A stretch of DNA of 64,000 bases from Octopus sinensis. Taxonomy: Eukaryota. A model generated the notes under the pieces. It searched no databases. It was given only the letters and a program-made list of their open reading frames with translations, and was not told the origin of the DNA. The stretch is from NCBI RefSeq assembly GCF_006345805.1, contig NC_043005.1:43400001-43464000 (forward strand). Reading direction: 5' to 3'. Position 1 is the stretch's first letter. Each line of letters opens with the position of its first letter. The translations under genes and the position numbers were made by a program. Shown here one piece after another: positions 52,922 to 64,000 of the stretch.

Positions 52922-54770
52922 CTAGAAGCTTGCTTCCCAGTGTGCGATGCCAAACGGCTCCGATAGGTGGCCGTTTACTTTGACCAATAAATAGGTGCCG
53001 CTCTGCATTGCAGCGATCCAGCCTCTGAAAACGGGTCCGAAACCGCTTGCTTTCCAGACGGCTTCTAAGTAGCCATGGTCGACCCTATCGAATGCTTTTG
53101 ATTGATCCAAATTGATGAGAACATCCCCGAAGCCGGCTGTGGTCCCAGCCCTCTCTATGATGTATCGCATAAGGTGGGGGTTGTCGCGGATAAACCAGCT
53201 CGGGATTACGCATGTTTGTGCTTCTCCGACCAGGCTACCGACAACAAACGCTAACCTTCTCGCTAACACCTTGGCCAAAACCTTAAATTCTGTGTTTAGC
53301 AGCAAATATGACATGAATACAGAATTAGTAGCGAAGATCATCAAAATCGGGCGATCCGCGACTTGTGCAATCGCTCATCACCTCCCAAATTTCAGCGGCT
53401 GTTATCGGCCTCTCACATAACCTCATGTCAGCTGCTGAGAGCTGCGGCAAGCTGTCCAAGTACGAACTTTAGTCCAGTACCGTCGTTGACTCTTCGCCTT
53501 CTCCAGACAGTCGCGCGAAGTGCTGCTGAAAAGTCACACACATCTGCTCAGAGTCGCGTAGCACGCGCCCATCCCGATCCGTCAAAGACCTGATCGTGTT
53601 TTTGATTCCACGTCGTGTCTCCACTGTTCGAGGCCATCGGACAGCTTTAGTTCCCTCCTGTTTGAGCGAACGGGCCTTAGCTCTAACAACGCAACCTTCA
53701 TGTTTCGCTTCGAATAAACGATCAAGAGTCATTCTCGCCGCTAGCACATCGGTCGCAATGCTCTTTTTAATCGCCTGTTCTAATTTGCTAACTAGTTCAC
53801 CCTCTAATCTAGAGGGTGAACTAGTTCACCCAGCTTCTGTCGGGGCATAGACGACCACCAATCTAAGGGCGCCACTTTCGCTACCATTCACATCTAAGAC
53901 CACCAACCTACCGCCCGGATCTAAGATCATTGCCTTTACTTCGAGATCTAAGGATTTTCAGAATAGCACTGCTACACCACCAGACAGACCACATGATGAG
54001 AATATCTCATAGTCATCGAATATGGGTGCTAATGCTTGCACATTAGAAATCCTTATCTCGCTAATTGCAGCCACATCTAAATCGACCGACCTGAGGTTGT
54101 TTAGCAAATTACCTTTCTTCCAAGCTGACTCCAGGCTACGAACATTCACACACCTTACTCTGAAAACAACCATGTTTATCAGAGAAATAAATAGAAGGTC
54201 ACTTACCTTAAATTTTGAGAGGGTCGGCTGATTCAGCTGTCTCGTCTGACACATTAGCATTAATGAAGGGCCTTCCTAAAGTCCTCTTAAAATTCTTAAG
54301 TTCGTGTCGGGAGTTTATGGTGTATCTATGTCGGCCGCCTGTAGGGATGGTCTGGCGTTGCTTGTTTCCACTGCTTCAGTTGTTGGTGCCATTGTGGTGA
54401 TGGGATTCCGTTGTAGAAAGTTATGCTTTAACGGCTGTTGCTGCACTGATTGTTGTTGCAGCTTTTGGCCTTCTTGAGGTGGTAGTGGTAGCTCGTTTCT
54501 CGAGCTCCATTTTGTGGATTTTGTAGGCAGCCGACCTTCAAATGGGCGTTAGACCCACAAGTGTAGCACCTTGCTCCGTTGGGCAGCTCTATAAGGTCGG
54601 GGACCTTGTCCAGGGATTTCGGTTTTATCTGGATCAAAATCTCCAACTCGATTCCGGACCAGTTCTCCTTCCGATATTTTTTAATTTCTAGAAGCGAATC
54701 CGAACCTTCGACCACAGCGCACACAACCAATCACCAAATGTCTAATTCTGGTGGCACTATTTCAACTTTC
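52922..54770 (-). mobile_element. L1/Tx1-like LINE, truncated and internally deleted
   Basis: ORF1 knuckle CYTCGSNAHLKVGC (CX2CX4HX4C); APE start CVNVRSL...DVAAISE and VYAP; RT LLNTEFKVLAKVLARRL and LDQSKAFDRVDHGYL. Confidence 0.88.
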
Positions 54771-54789
54771 ACCACTCGCCGTCTAAGGT

Positions 54790-55400
54790 ATGTGGGAAAA
54801 TAATCTGCCGCTTTCAAAACAAAAACAAAAAACGATATCAAAACTCCCAAACTGCAAAGCGGCAGGACCAGACGGAATTCAAGGCTACTGGCTCAAGTGG
54901 TTTAGGTTAATACACAATTGCGCTGCAATTAGGCAATTGCCTACAGAGCGGTGCAGTAAGGTCATGCGCTGTTTACATGAAAAGAGATCACTATGTTGCG
55001 CACCATTGTCCGGATATTGCCATATTGAATAATAGAGACAAATTCTGTCAGATTATTTGATGTAGCTTTACCAAGTGATATGAATATTGTGAGTAAACAA
55101 GTTGAAAAAAATCACCAAGTACTCTGAATTAAAAGTGGAAGGGGCAAGACTGTATGGAATGTGAGAGGGTAATGTAAAAGTGATACCAGTGGTGATCGGA
55201 GCGTTGGGCTCAATCCCATTGAAACTTCAAGACTACTTAAGGCAACTGGAAATCCCATGCAAGATTGATGTCTTGCAAAAAGCAGCCTTATTGGGCACAG
55301 CGCACATCATAAGGAAAGTATTATCTGTCTGAGGTTCGTGTTGTGACTTGGCAGACGACTAAAGACTCCAGAGCATTTTTACCTACACTGTGTTACGACG

Positions 55401-55401
<1 letters not shown>
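54790..55401 (+). mobile_element. R4/Dong-like REL-endonuclease LINE fragment 1 (internally deleted)
   Basis: KLPNCKAAGPDGIQGYWLKWF (RT start) joined to PDIA...DVALP...VIPVVIGALG...LQKAALLGTAHIIRKVLSV*, then an (AAT)n tail. Confidence 0.82.
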
Positions 55402-55475
<74 letters not shown>

Positions 55476-55518
55476 TGATGATGATAATAATAATAATAAC
55501 AACAACAACAACAACAAC
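55402..55518 (+). repeat. (AAT)n/(GAT)n/(AAC)n microsatellite
   Basis: Direct reading of the repeat. Confidence 0.95.
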
Positions 55519-55524
55519 TTTAAT

Positions 55525-56280
55525 GATAAATTTAAGAAACAAGATGAAGAGGAAAGAGTAAACAATTGGAAAATGAAATCACTGCATGGACACTACCTCG
55601 GAGAAATCGAAGGAAAAGACAAGATCGACACTTAGAGATGGCTAAGAAAAAGTAATCTGAAAGGATGCACTGAGGAATTGATTGCAATGCTCAGGAACAA
55701 GCTGCGAGAACTAATTACACCAAGTTCCAAATTGACAAGGGTAGCGGGACGTGTCTTTGTAGGATGTGTGGCAACAGATACAAAACAATCTCACATACTG
55801 TGAGTGAGTGTAGCAAGCAGGTCAAAAACATTACAAAAGGAGGCACAATAACGTGGTCAAATTCGTGGAAAGTATGACCTGAACAGAGCACGGAAATGGT
55901 ATGACCATGAACCAGAAAGAATCACCGAGAACAAGGAATATAAGATACTGTAGAATTTTACAATCCAATGTGACTCCCTAACAAGGTACGGAGACCAGAT
56001 ATTATTGTGGTAGATAAAGGAAAAAAGGAAACCAAGTTTATAGATATTACAATACCTGGGGATGCACTCATAAATGACAAAGAACTAGAGAAGATTGAAA
56101 ACTACAGACTACTAAAAGACGAAATTGCAAGAATGTGGACTATGAGGAGAGTGTCTGGCACTCTAATAGCTGTAGGGGCACTTGAAACACTAACAATCAA
56201 GTTCGAGAAATAAGCCAGAGAAATTGGAATTGACATGAGAGTAGAGCATGCCCCCAAAACTGGGCTCGCCAGGGATAGAT
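55525..56280 (+). mobile_element. R4/Dong-like REL-endonuclease LINE fragment 2
   Basis: WKMKSLHGHY, AQEQ, CRMC...SH...C zinc motif, RPDIIVVDK...FIDITIPGD...KIENYRLLKDEIARMW; several stops and frameshifts. Confidence 0.85.
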
Positions 56281-56596
56281 AGGCAAAATGTGAATAAAAA
56301 AGGAGACACCAGTTCGTCTTCTTTATTTTTTACCATACATCTTTTACTTGTTTCACTCATTAGACTGCGGGTGTGCCAAGCCACCACCTTGAAGGGTTTA
56401 AGTTGAACAATTTAGCCCTGTGATTCTTTTCTTTTTTAAGAATGGTACATATTCTTTCGTTTTTTTTTCTTTTTCGCCAAAAGCTAATTTACGGGGTCGT
56501 AAACAAAACAGTGATTGTCCACTTACACATTGATATATATATAAATATAAATATACACACATACACGCGTACATACATACATATATATATACATAT

Positions 56597-56907
56597 AATC
56601 AAAATAAGTAACAGGATATCAAGAGGTGATGCAGCACGACCGTTTCAAGCGGCTCCATTTAATTGAACAATGCAATCATTACATCAATTTAAATGCAGGG
56701 TCATCCTCAGATGCATAAATAAATAGAATTTTTTGATCAGTCGGACACATTAATATAATTTTATTTAAATTCTCTAATAGTGCATGAAGAGGGAAAAAGA
56801 CCATGTTGCATTTAAAGTGATGTAATGATTGCATTGTTCAATTAAATGGAGTCGCTTGAAACGTCCGCACTGCATCACCTCTTGATATCATGTTTCTTAT
56901 TTTGATT
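56597..56907. repeat. Inverted repeat / MITE-like element, 101-bp arms
   Basis: 56597-56697 vs reverse complement of 56807-56907 about 92% identical; 109-bp spacer. Confidence 0.9.
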
Positions 56908-56984
56908 TTGTTCACCTTACATTGGGTAGTACGGACAATACCACACTGACTTGGTGCTTAAAATACCTAATTCAACTGAATCTC

Positions 56985-57023
<39 letters not shown>

Positions 57024-57392
57024 TACATGCATACATACATTATGCATATACATACACACACACACATATATATAAGTGCATATATATGTATACGTGCGCG
57101 CGTGTACGCACACACACACAATACGCTACTATCGAACAGTGAGAATAAGTGCTCAACTCCGCATTGGTGGATAAATAGTCTTTATTTGTAGATTAACAAG
57201 GCTATCAATGATTGCATGTAGAAAGAAATCTCTCAAGTTATCAAGCAAATCACATGGAAACATTGGTATGTTGTCTCCACCCTGGATGAGAATACATCTG
57301 TCTATTTATCTAGCTATCTCCCTCCTTCCTCTCTCTCTCTATATATATATATACACATATACATATACATACACACACACACACACACACAC

Positions 57393-57444
<52 letters not shown>

Positions 57445-57448
<4 letters not shown>

Positions 57449-57590
57449 ATATAGCGGGTTTCCTTTTGTTTCCGTCTACCAGATCCTCTCACAAGGTTTT
57501 AATCAGCCCGGGGCTTTAGTAGAAGTCACTTGTCCCAGGGTCCCACGCAATGGAATTGAACTCAGCACCATGTGATTCGAAAGTAAACTT
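57445..57590 (-). mobile_element. SINE family A, 5' half
   Basis: tttccgtctaccagatcctctcacaagg...gtagaagtcacttgtccc. Confidence 0.75.
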
Positions 57591-57783
57591 TAAAGCTTTC
57601 AAGTATAATCCTGTACTGGTAGTTTTCGACTTACAAACCAATCCAATGACATTTATAATGGATACCTGGGGTTAGTGTTTTCAATGTTGGTGACACAAAA
57701 TACAGTCAAAAATATGTGACTTAAAAATGGGCATATTTCATACGCTGTTTAACGAACTTTTCATTAGAAATGATCAGCCTTAA

Positions 57784-58203
57784 TACTCTTTACTCTTTAC
57801 TCTTTTACTCTTTTACTTGTTTCAGTCATTTGACTGCGGCCATGCTGGAGCACTGCCTTTAGTCGAGCAAATCGACCCCGGGACTTATTCTTTGTAAGCC
57901 CAGTACTTATTCTATCGGTCTCTTTTGCCGAACCGCTAAGTAACGGGGACGTAAACACACCAGCATCGGTTGTCAAGCAATGCTAGAGGGACGAACATAG
58001 ACACACAAACATACACACAAATACATATATATATACATATATACGACAGGCTTCTTTCAGTTTCCGTCTACCAAATCCACTCACAAGGCTTTGGTCGGCC
58101 CGAGGCTATAGTAGAAGACACTTGCCCAAGGTGCCACGCAGTGGGACTGAACCCGGAACCATGTGGTTGGTAAACAAGCTACTTACCACACAGCCATTCC
58201 TGC
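57784..58203 (-). mobile_element. Young full-length SINE family A
   Basis: Reverse complement closely matches 51699-52088; (TTTACTC)n tail. Confidence 0.92.
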
Positions 58204-58653
58204 AGTTCTTCTATTTAACTTATGCGCATTGGCTCGAGAACGAAGTTTGCTTAGTGGGTGCAAACCTAGGTACGACATTTATCACAAACAAGATCCTAAT
58301 GATCTTTTTCGTTTCATTTATTTTTGTTCTATGTTCTTTGAGAAGAAACTTAACTTCAAGCTATTTCTTACGCATCGCATTTTTTTTAAAGCAATGTTTT
58401 CTAAACCTTAGAAAAGTAAGAAGGAATGCAAAGTTTCATTTTACAGCCAACAAAAAATTTTTAGGAGGAGGTGCACTTGCATACCCTGCAAGCCCCTGTT
58501 CCAGGGCCCATGCTTAAATGCATGACTGGCATAAGCCAATGAAATAAACGAAAGTATCTTAGTGTTTTAATGTCTTTTGAACCTGGTTAGAAAAGTTTGT
58601 CACCTGAGGAAATGGAAATTTGTGTAAATTTTGAATAGTGATGCAAAAGGCAT

Positions 58654-58689
<36 letters not shown>

Positions 58690-58712
58690 ATCAAACATAC
58701 TACATATATATA

Positions 58713-59102
58713 TCTTTATATATAAAAGTAAGGTTGTGTGTCTGTCTCCTACGATTTAGATTCCTAACTACTCCCACATTTTGAGGGGGAGTGCATCCAA
58801 AAGCGGGTATCTTATAGTCGTGATTCATATCGAGCCCTTCTGGGTCTACGCGCGTCTACGATGAGTCTACGATTTTAAAAATAATTTACCATCATTTTTT
58901 CTATTTTAATGCATATTTTTTTAAATATAAGGGAAATAACTCTCTAAAAATGTCTACGATGAGTCAACGATTAAAAAAAAATTTACCATAATTTTTTTTC
59001 CATTTTTAATGCATTTTTTGCTATTTTTTGGCTATAACTCTCTAAAAATGCTTTATAGTTATTTCCCTTACAAACCCGAGCAACGCCGGGCGATACTGCT
59101 AG
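58713..59102 (+). mobile_element. Non-autonomous Helitron-like element (390 bp)
   Basis: A|TC 5' end, CCCGAGCAACGCCGGG hairpin 8 nt before the CTAG|T 3' end, internal ~98-bp duplication. Confidence 0.85.
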
Positions 59103-59204
59103 TAATAACTAAATAAATTTATTTACCTATCGCACCCTGTTTATACACATACATAGATATATACTCTCTCTCTCTCTCCCTCTCACACACACATACATCG
59201 TCTT

Positions 59205-59206
59205 CA

Positions 59207-59248
<42 letters not shown>

Positions 59249-59690
59249 TTAACGTCCATTATCCATGCTGGCATTGGTTAGACTGTTTGACCAGGGCTGA
59301 TAATCTGAGGGACTGCACCAGATTCCAGCCAGATTTGGCATGGCTTCTGGATGCCCTTCCTAACACCAATCACTCTGAGGGTGTAATGACTGCTTTTACG
59401 TGTCACCAGCCCGGGTGCCAGTCGCGTGACGCCAGTATCTGCCACGACTACAATTTCACTTGACTTGATTGGTCTCCTACTCAAGCACGATGTATTGCCA
59501 AAGGTAGTGGTCATTTATCATTGCCTCCGTGAGCCCCAAATGCTCGAAATGTGTTTTTTACGTGCCAGCGATATGGGAGCCAGTTACGTGACACCGACAT
59601 CGGCCACGGCTACGATTTCACTTGGCTTGACGGGTCTTCTCGAGCACGGCATATTGTCAAAGGTTCTGGTCACTAGTCAAATCACAAATC
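59205..59690 (-). mobile_element. RTE 3' UTR fragment with (TGA)n tail and internal duplication
   Basis: catcatttaacgtcc...ccatgctggc and ggatgcccttcctaac match the RTE terminus; gtgac...cacg..tac.atttcacttg block occurs twice. Confidence 0.8.
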
Positions 59691-59695
59691 TGAAC

Positions 59696-59741
<46 letters not shown>

Positions 59742-59939
59742 ATGTATATACTACATATGTGGGTAATTCTCCCTGTGGGTGTGTTTGTGGAGTTGTTAGC
59801 TAACTCCTCCTACATTGTTTGTATCGATTTTGATCATACTTGACACGTGAATAGAACTCATGTCTGGAACCCTTACGGCATACTCAGATTGTTGAAACAA
59901 AATCGAGAGTAGGACTCCTGGAAGGGATCCTTATATATA

Positions 59940-60615
59940 TCTAATATATTTTATTTTAAAAACCAAGGGAAATAACCCATTCATTTTCCTAAATTATTTG
60001 GTAAAGATGAAATTGAGTATGCTTATTTCTTAGTATTTGAACTGTTAGAGTTATTTTCGCAATTTATCTAGTACAACCCTTAAACAAGTAAGTAGTAGTT
60101 TCCTAAACAATAAATCCACTTATTTAGGTTAGTGATTTATTCACGAATATACCAAACACTGGTGCCCCTGAAGGTAATATTCTCTGAGAACGCACAAAAG
60201 CCCTTTTCAGAGTTATTTACTTTGAATTGTTATCTCATATCTGATTAGCCTGTTATTACGTAACATGCTTCACGATTTCAGTATAATACCTTATTAGTAT
60301 TTCCTCCTATGTTCTATATACTCTGGGAACGCATTAAAGCCCTTTTCAGGGCTACTTTATTTGAATTCTTACTTCCGGATAACTAATCTCATGTTATTAG
60401 ATAACTGACTTCACAATTTGGGTATTCATAACTTATTGGGAATTCCTAAAAACAAGATCCGGTGTAAGACAGTTCGGTATTCTCTGTAAATGCATAAAAA
60501 CCGTTTTAAGGGCCGCATACTTTGTATTGTTGTTATTGGATCAGTGAAACAATTATGAGAACGGAACCAAGCGATAAGCCCCGCTTTCCCGGGAATTATT
60601 GTGTACGACAGCTAG
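59940..60615 (+). mobile_element. Possible second Helitron-like element
   Basis: A|TCTAATATA start, CCCG..CGGG near a CTAG|T end, three ~140-160-bp subrepeats (ctctg.gaacgca..aaagcccttttcag). Confidence 0.5.
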
Positions 60616-61229
60616 TATATATATATATATATAAATACGAGTATATACTTGCAAACATGCATACAAATGTGTGTGTAAATACATATATACATATGTATCA
60701 GTATGCGAACATACATAATACACACACACTCACACACGGATATATATAAACACATATATCTATGTATGTATATGCACACACACACACACACACCACACAC
60801 ACACACAAATCCAGTCTGTAAGTATTACACTAGCTTGGTATCATGGTTGGATGGTATCGTGTTTGGAATTTTATTCTGCTGAGACAGATATTGTTACCGT
60901 TTTCAAATGTATCTTAATTTTTTTTTTTTAATTCTAGAATTTATGAAAACCTTTCATGTAGATTTAAAAAAAAAAAACTGCTCTATAAATAACTTCGTGG
61001 AAGTCAGTAAACATTTATTTTGCACTAATTAAAAACGTATTTACAGTTTGTCAAGGATTGTGAATCAAATATAAATCATGCTTTTTCCGTTTCTGTATTT
61101 CAAAAGAATAAAAATTTCTTTGAAACAAAGCAAAGAATAGCTAAAGACTTTCCTATTGGACAGATATATGCATTAATTTATTGGAATCGATAGGAACAAG
61201 CAAATAAGAATGACAGTTAGCATAATATA

Positions 61230-61582
61230 GGCGCAGGCGTGACTGTGTGGTAATGTGGTAAGAATTTCATATCCCAAGCACATGGTTTGAGGTTCAGTCC
61301 TACAGCGTGACACCTTGTGCAAGAGTCTTCTACTATAGCTCTGTGCCGACCAAACCCTTGTGAGTGGATTTGATAAACGGAAACTGAAAGAAGCCCGTCG
61401 TATATGCGCAGGCGTATGCGTCTTTGTGTCCGTGTTTGTCCTTCCACTGGTGTTGATGTCCTTACATCTCCATGACTTAGTGGTTCGGCAAATTAGAGAA
61501 TTGGGAGCGATTCGTTCGGCTAAGATTCTTCAGACAGGTGCCTCAACATGGCTGTAGTCCAATGATTGAAACAAGTTAAAGG
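61230..61582 (+). mobile_element. SINE family A
   Basis: ggcgcaggcgtgactgtgtgg head through aatgattgaaacaag tail. Confidence 0.88.
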
Positions 61583-61599
61583 ATACATACATCAAAATA

Positions 61600-62560
61600 T
61601 CTCATTTCATTTCATATTCTTCATCTAATGGGAGAGTCGTGGGGGAAAAATCTCCAAGCACGCCTTCCATCTGGTCCTTTCTGAAATAATCGCTTCCAGT
61701 AGACCCGGCTGGATCCCCTAACGGGACCAACTGAGCTCGTGGGTGTTGTCTAACCATCTTACTTGTGGTTTACCCCTGAGTCTCCAGTAGGTGGGTTTTA
61801 CCGTCCGCAGTATCGGAGCTGTGATCTCTCAATTCGGAGAAGTAGCAGCTCTACCTGGAGTCCTTTTCTGATTTCTGATCTACATACTCTATTGACTAAC
61901 GCTACCCCAAAGAATCCTCTCTGAGGAACTCCATCTCGGTTGCTTGTACTCACGATGGTATTCTTTCGGTCATTACCCAAGATTCATAACCACGAATCAT
62001 GTGCGGTAAGTACATCGTCATCATTTTACCGCAGGGAAAGTTCACCATCATCGTTCTGTTTTTTCTTTAATAAAACAGTTTTTAACTATTAATGATGAAA
62101 TACTATAGATATATTTTTATATTTTCTCAGTAAACTTTCCTAGCGGAAAGTTACTGTACGTAAATTGATGGCAGCGAACTTACTTGTAATCAGCTATATC
62201 AAATGGAAGATAGCGAGTTTGTTTTTACACCTATCTCTCTTCTTCTTATGATCAAATGTTGAAACTGGCGTTTTACTGTACCATTTCCTACAATTATTGT
62301 ATTTAACTGAGCCTCCTGCCTTCCATCGCTTGTGAAAACAGTCCCGAGATACTTGAACCTTTCCATCTGCTTCAGTGGAACTTCATTCACCCGTAGAGTG
62401 CATTGTGCAAGCTTGCTTTAGAAGATAAGTGTCTCAGTTTTCGCGTTACTGATTTTTCATTCCTACCAAACAGCCCTCGACAGTGAATCTATCATGTACA
62501 CGTTGGAGATCACATTAAAGACGTCCAAGGTTAAAACATGGAAGGACTTTGGTGTTAAGC
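61600..62560 (-). mobile_element. RTE (Rex3/Expander-like) LINE 3' portion, decayed, (TGAAA)n tail
   Basis: GMKISNAKTE, QMERFKYLGTVFTSDGR, IERSQLR, RGKPQVRWLD, RWKACLEIFPPR. Confidence 0.85.
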
Positions 62561-62850
62561 TACAATCCGACTTTAGATAATCAAATCAAGTATTCTGTCA
62601 GACCAACGGTCGACTTCGTAGTAAGAAATATCCCTCTATGCCCACTATCAGGAATCGTTTGAGGTCATGCTGTCTGAAAAGAAGTACATCTTCGCGAGGT
62701 GGAGAGAATACTTTGCTGATCTCCTAAAGCCGGTCACAACATTTTCTAACGTACTTGAAGTGCTTTTAGTAGCGATGATAAATGGACACCTTCCGGACGA
62801 ACAAACAACCATGCACCAAATAGCGGTAGTCTACTGGTGTGGATGAATGA
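62560..62850 (+). mobile_element. Oppositely oriented fragment of the same RTE type (linker and RT start)
   Basis: ARWREYFADLLKP and STGVDE, resembling RWKEYFEDLLNP and KAPGVDE. Confidence 0.65.
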
Positions 62851-63323
62851 AGTACCAGGTGACAGTTAGTTCTCAAGAAAACTCTTTCATAAAAAAATAT
62901 GGCGTCGATTTCAGTCATATCTAGATGTGAGGCACATTTATCTTAGTAGTTGTGAATACGATAACCTAAAACTTTTGCCGTTTAATACAAAGATGGTAAA
63001 AACAAAATGACACTCTTCGGATAAAAGCAAAGATGCATGTAATAGCAACTAACCAAGTCGGAGAAATCAACTAAAGCTGGTTATGAGGATCATTGCTATA
63101 TACACAGATACACAGTGACAAGACAGGAAACAAGGGTTAGCTACTGCAAGTTGCGGAACTATCATGAGAAATTCTGGTGGATTTTTAAAAAATTGAATAA
63201 TGATCTGTATGAATAGTACAAAAAGGTTGAGGAAGTTAACTCGGTTAGTTATATAAAAAGGATGACGAGGGAGCTAAAGGGATTTGAAATACTTTAATTA
63301 TTCACATTTCAGTGCCAAACAGG

Positions 63324-63465
63324 CACTAGCGTAGCTAGAATGTGTGCCGCCCAAGGACCCCACAAAAAAATCCCACATATTGCCTACAGCAGACCCAAAA
63401 GTTCCGCCCCTTTAAAAGTGCAGCCCGGAGCGGACCTCCCCCACCCCCGCCCAGATACGCTGGTG
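63324..63465. mobile_element. hAT-like MITE (142 bp)
   Basis: 8-bp TSD CAAACAGG at 63316-63323 and 63466-63473; TIR CACTAGCGTAGCT vs CACCAGCGTATCT. Confidence 0.8.
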
Positions 63466-63544
63466 CAAACAGGTACAGCAGATAGCCATGTTCCTTTTAA
63501 AAAATGGTGCTCTTTCTACAGACTCTCAAAACGCTCTTTGTGGA

Positions 63545-63878
63545 ACCTTGGGCAAGTGTCTTCTACTATAGCCTCGGGCCGACCAAAGCCTTATGAGTGA
63601 ATTTGGTGGACGGAAACTGAAAGAAGCCCGTCGTATATATGTATATATATATATGTTTGTATGTATATATGTATGTGTGTGCATATGTTTATGTGTCTGT
63701 GTTTGTCCCCCCAACATCGCTTAACAACGGATGTTGGTGGGTTTACGTCCTCGTAACTTAGCGGTTCGGCACAAGAGACCAATAGAATAAGTATTAGGCT
63801 TACAAAGAATAAGTCCTGGGGTCGATTTGCATGACTAAAGGCGGTGCTCCAGCATGTTTCAAATGACTGAAACAAATA
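63545..63878 (+). mobile_element. SINE family A, 5'-truncated
   Basis: ccttgggcaagtgtcttctactatagcctcgggccgacc ... aaatgactgaaacaa. Confidence 0.9.
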
Positions 63879-64000
63879 AAAAAAAAATAATAACTAGTGG
63901 ATTCTTTTTTTGAAGAAACCAAGAGGAATACGAACCATGACCTAAGTGACAGCAATAATAACAATACTGAAACAAGATTGCTGTCATTACACGTAGAGCA

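Noticed and set aside
55343-55635. Poly-N, poly-I and poly-L ORFs
   Set aside because: (AAT)n microsatellite translations

Overview
AT-rich, microsatellite-laden eukaryotic genomic DNA. The SINE and RTE families look like those of Octopus (inference from recalled repeat sequences, not a database search). No host protein-coding gene can be identified with confidence, and most ORF-track entries are (AT)/(GT)/(AAT) microsatellite artefacts or antisense reads of retroelements. About 1-38 kb is TE-poor and looks CpG-poor (intron/UTR-like, with a few weak exon candidates). About 38-64 kb is packed with mobile DNA: several tRNA-type SINE families, RTE LINEs (one with a 411-aa RT ORF carrying an in-frame PHD finger), an L1/Tx1-like LINE, two R4/Dong-like REL LINE fragments, piggyBac-, pogo- and hAT-like MITEs and two Helitron-like elements. 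The most notable structures are a SINE-derived 86-bp satellite with a 600-bp higher-order repeat, three long fold-back hairpins (42.2-42.7, 47.6-47.8 and 56.6-56.9 kb) and three retro-insertions with internal inversions (twin-priming-like). None of this proves a new biological system. The best lead is a dense set of dsRNA-forming structures, some made by the retrotransposition process itself.
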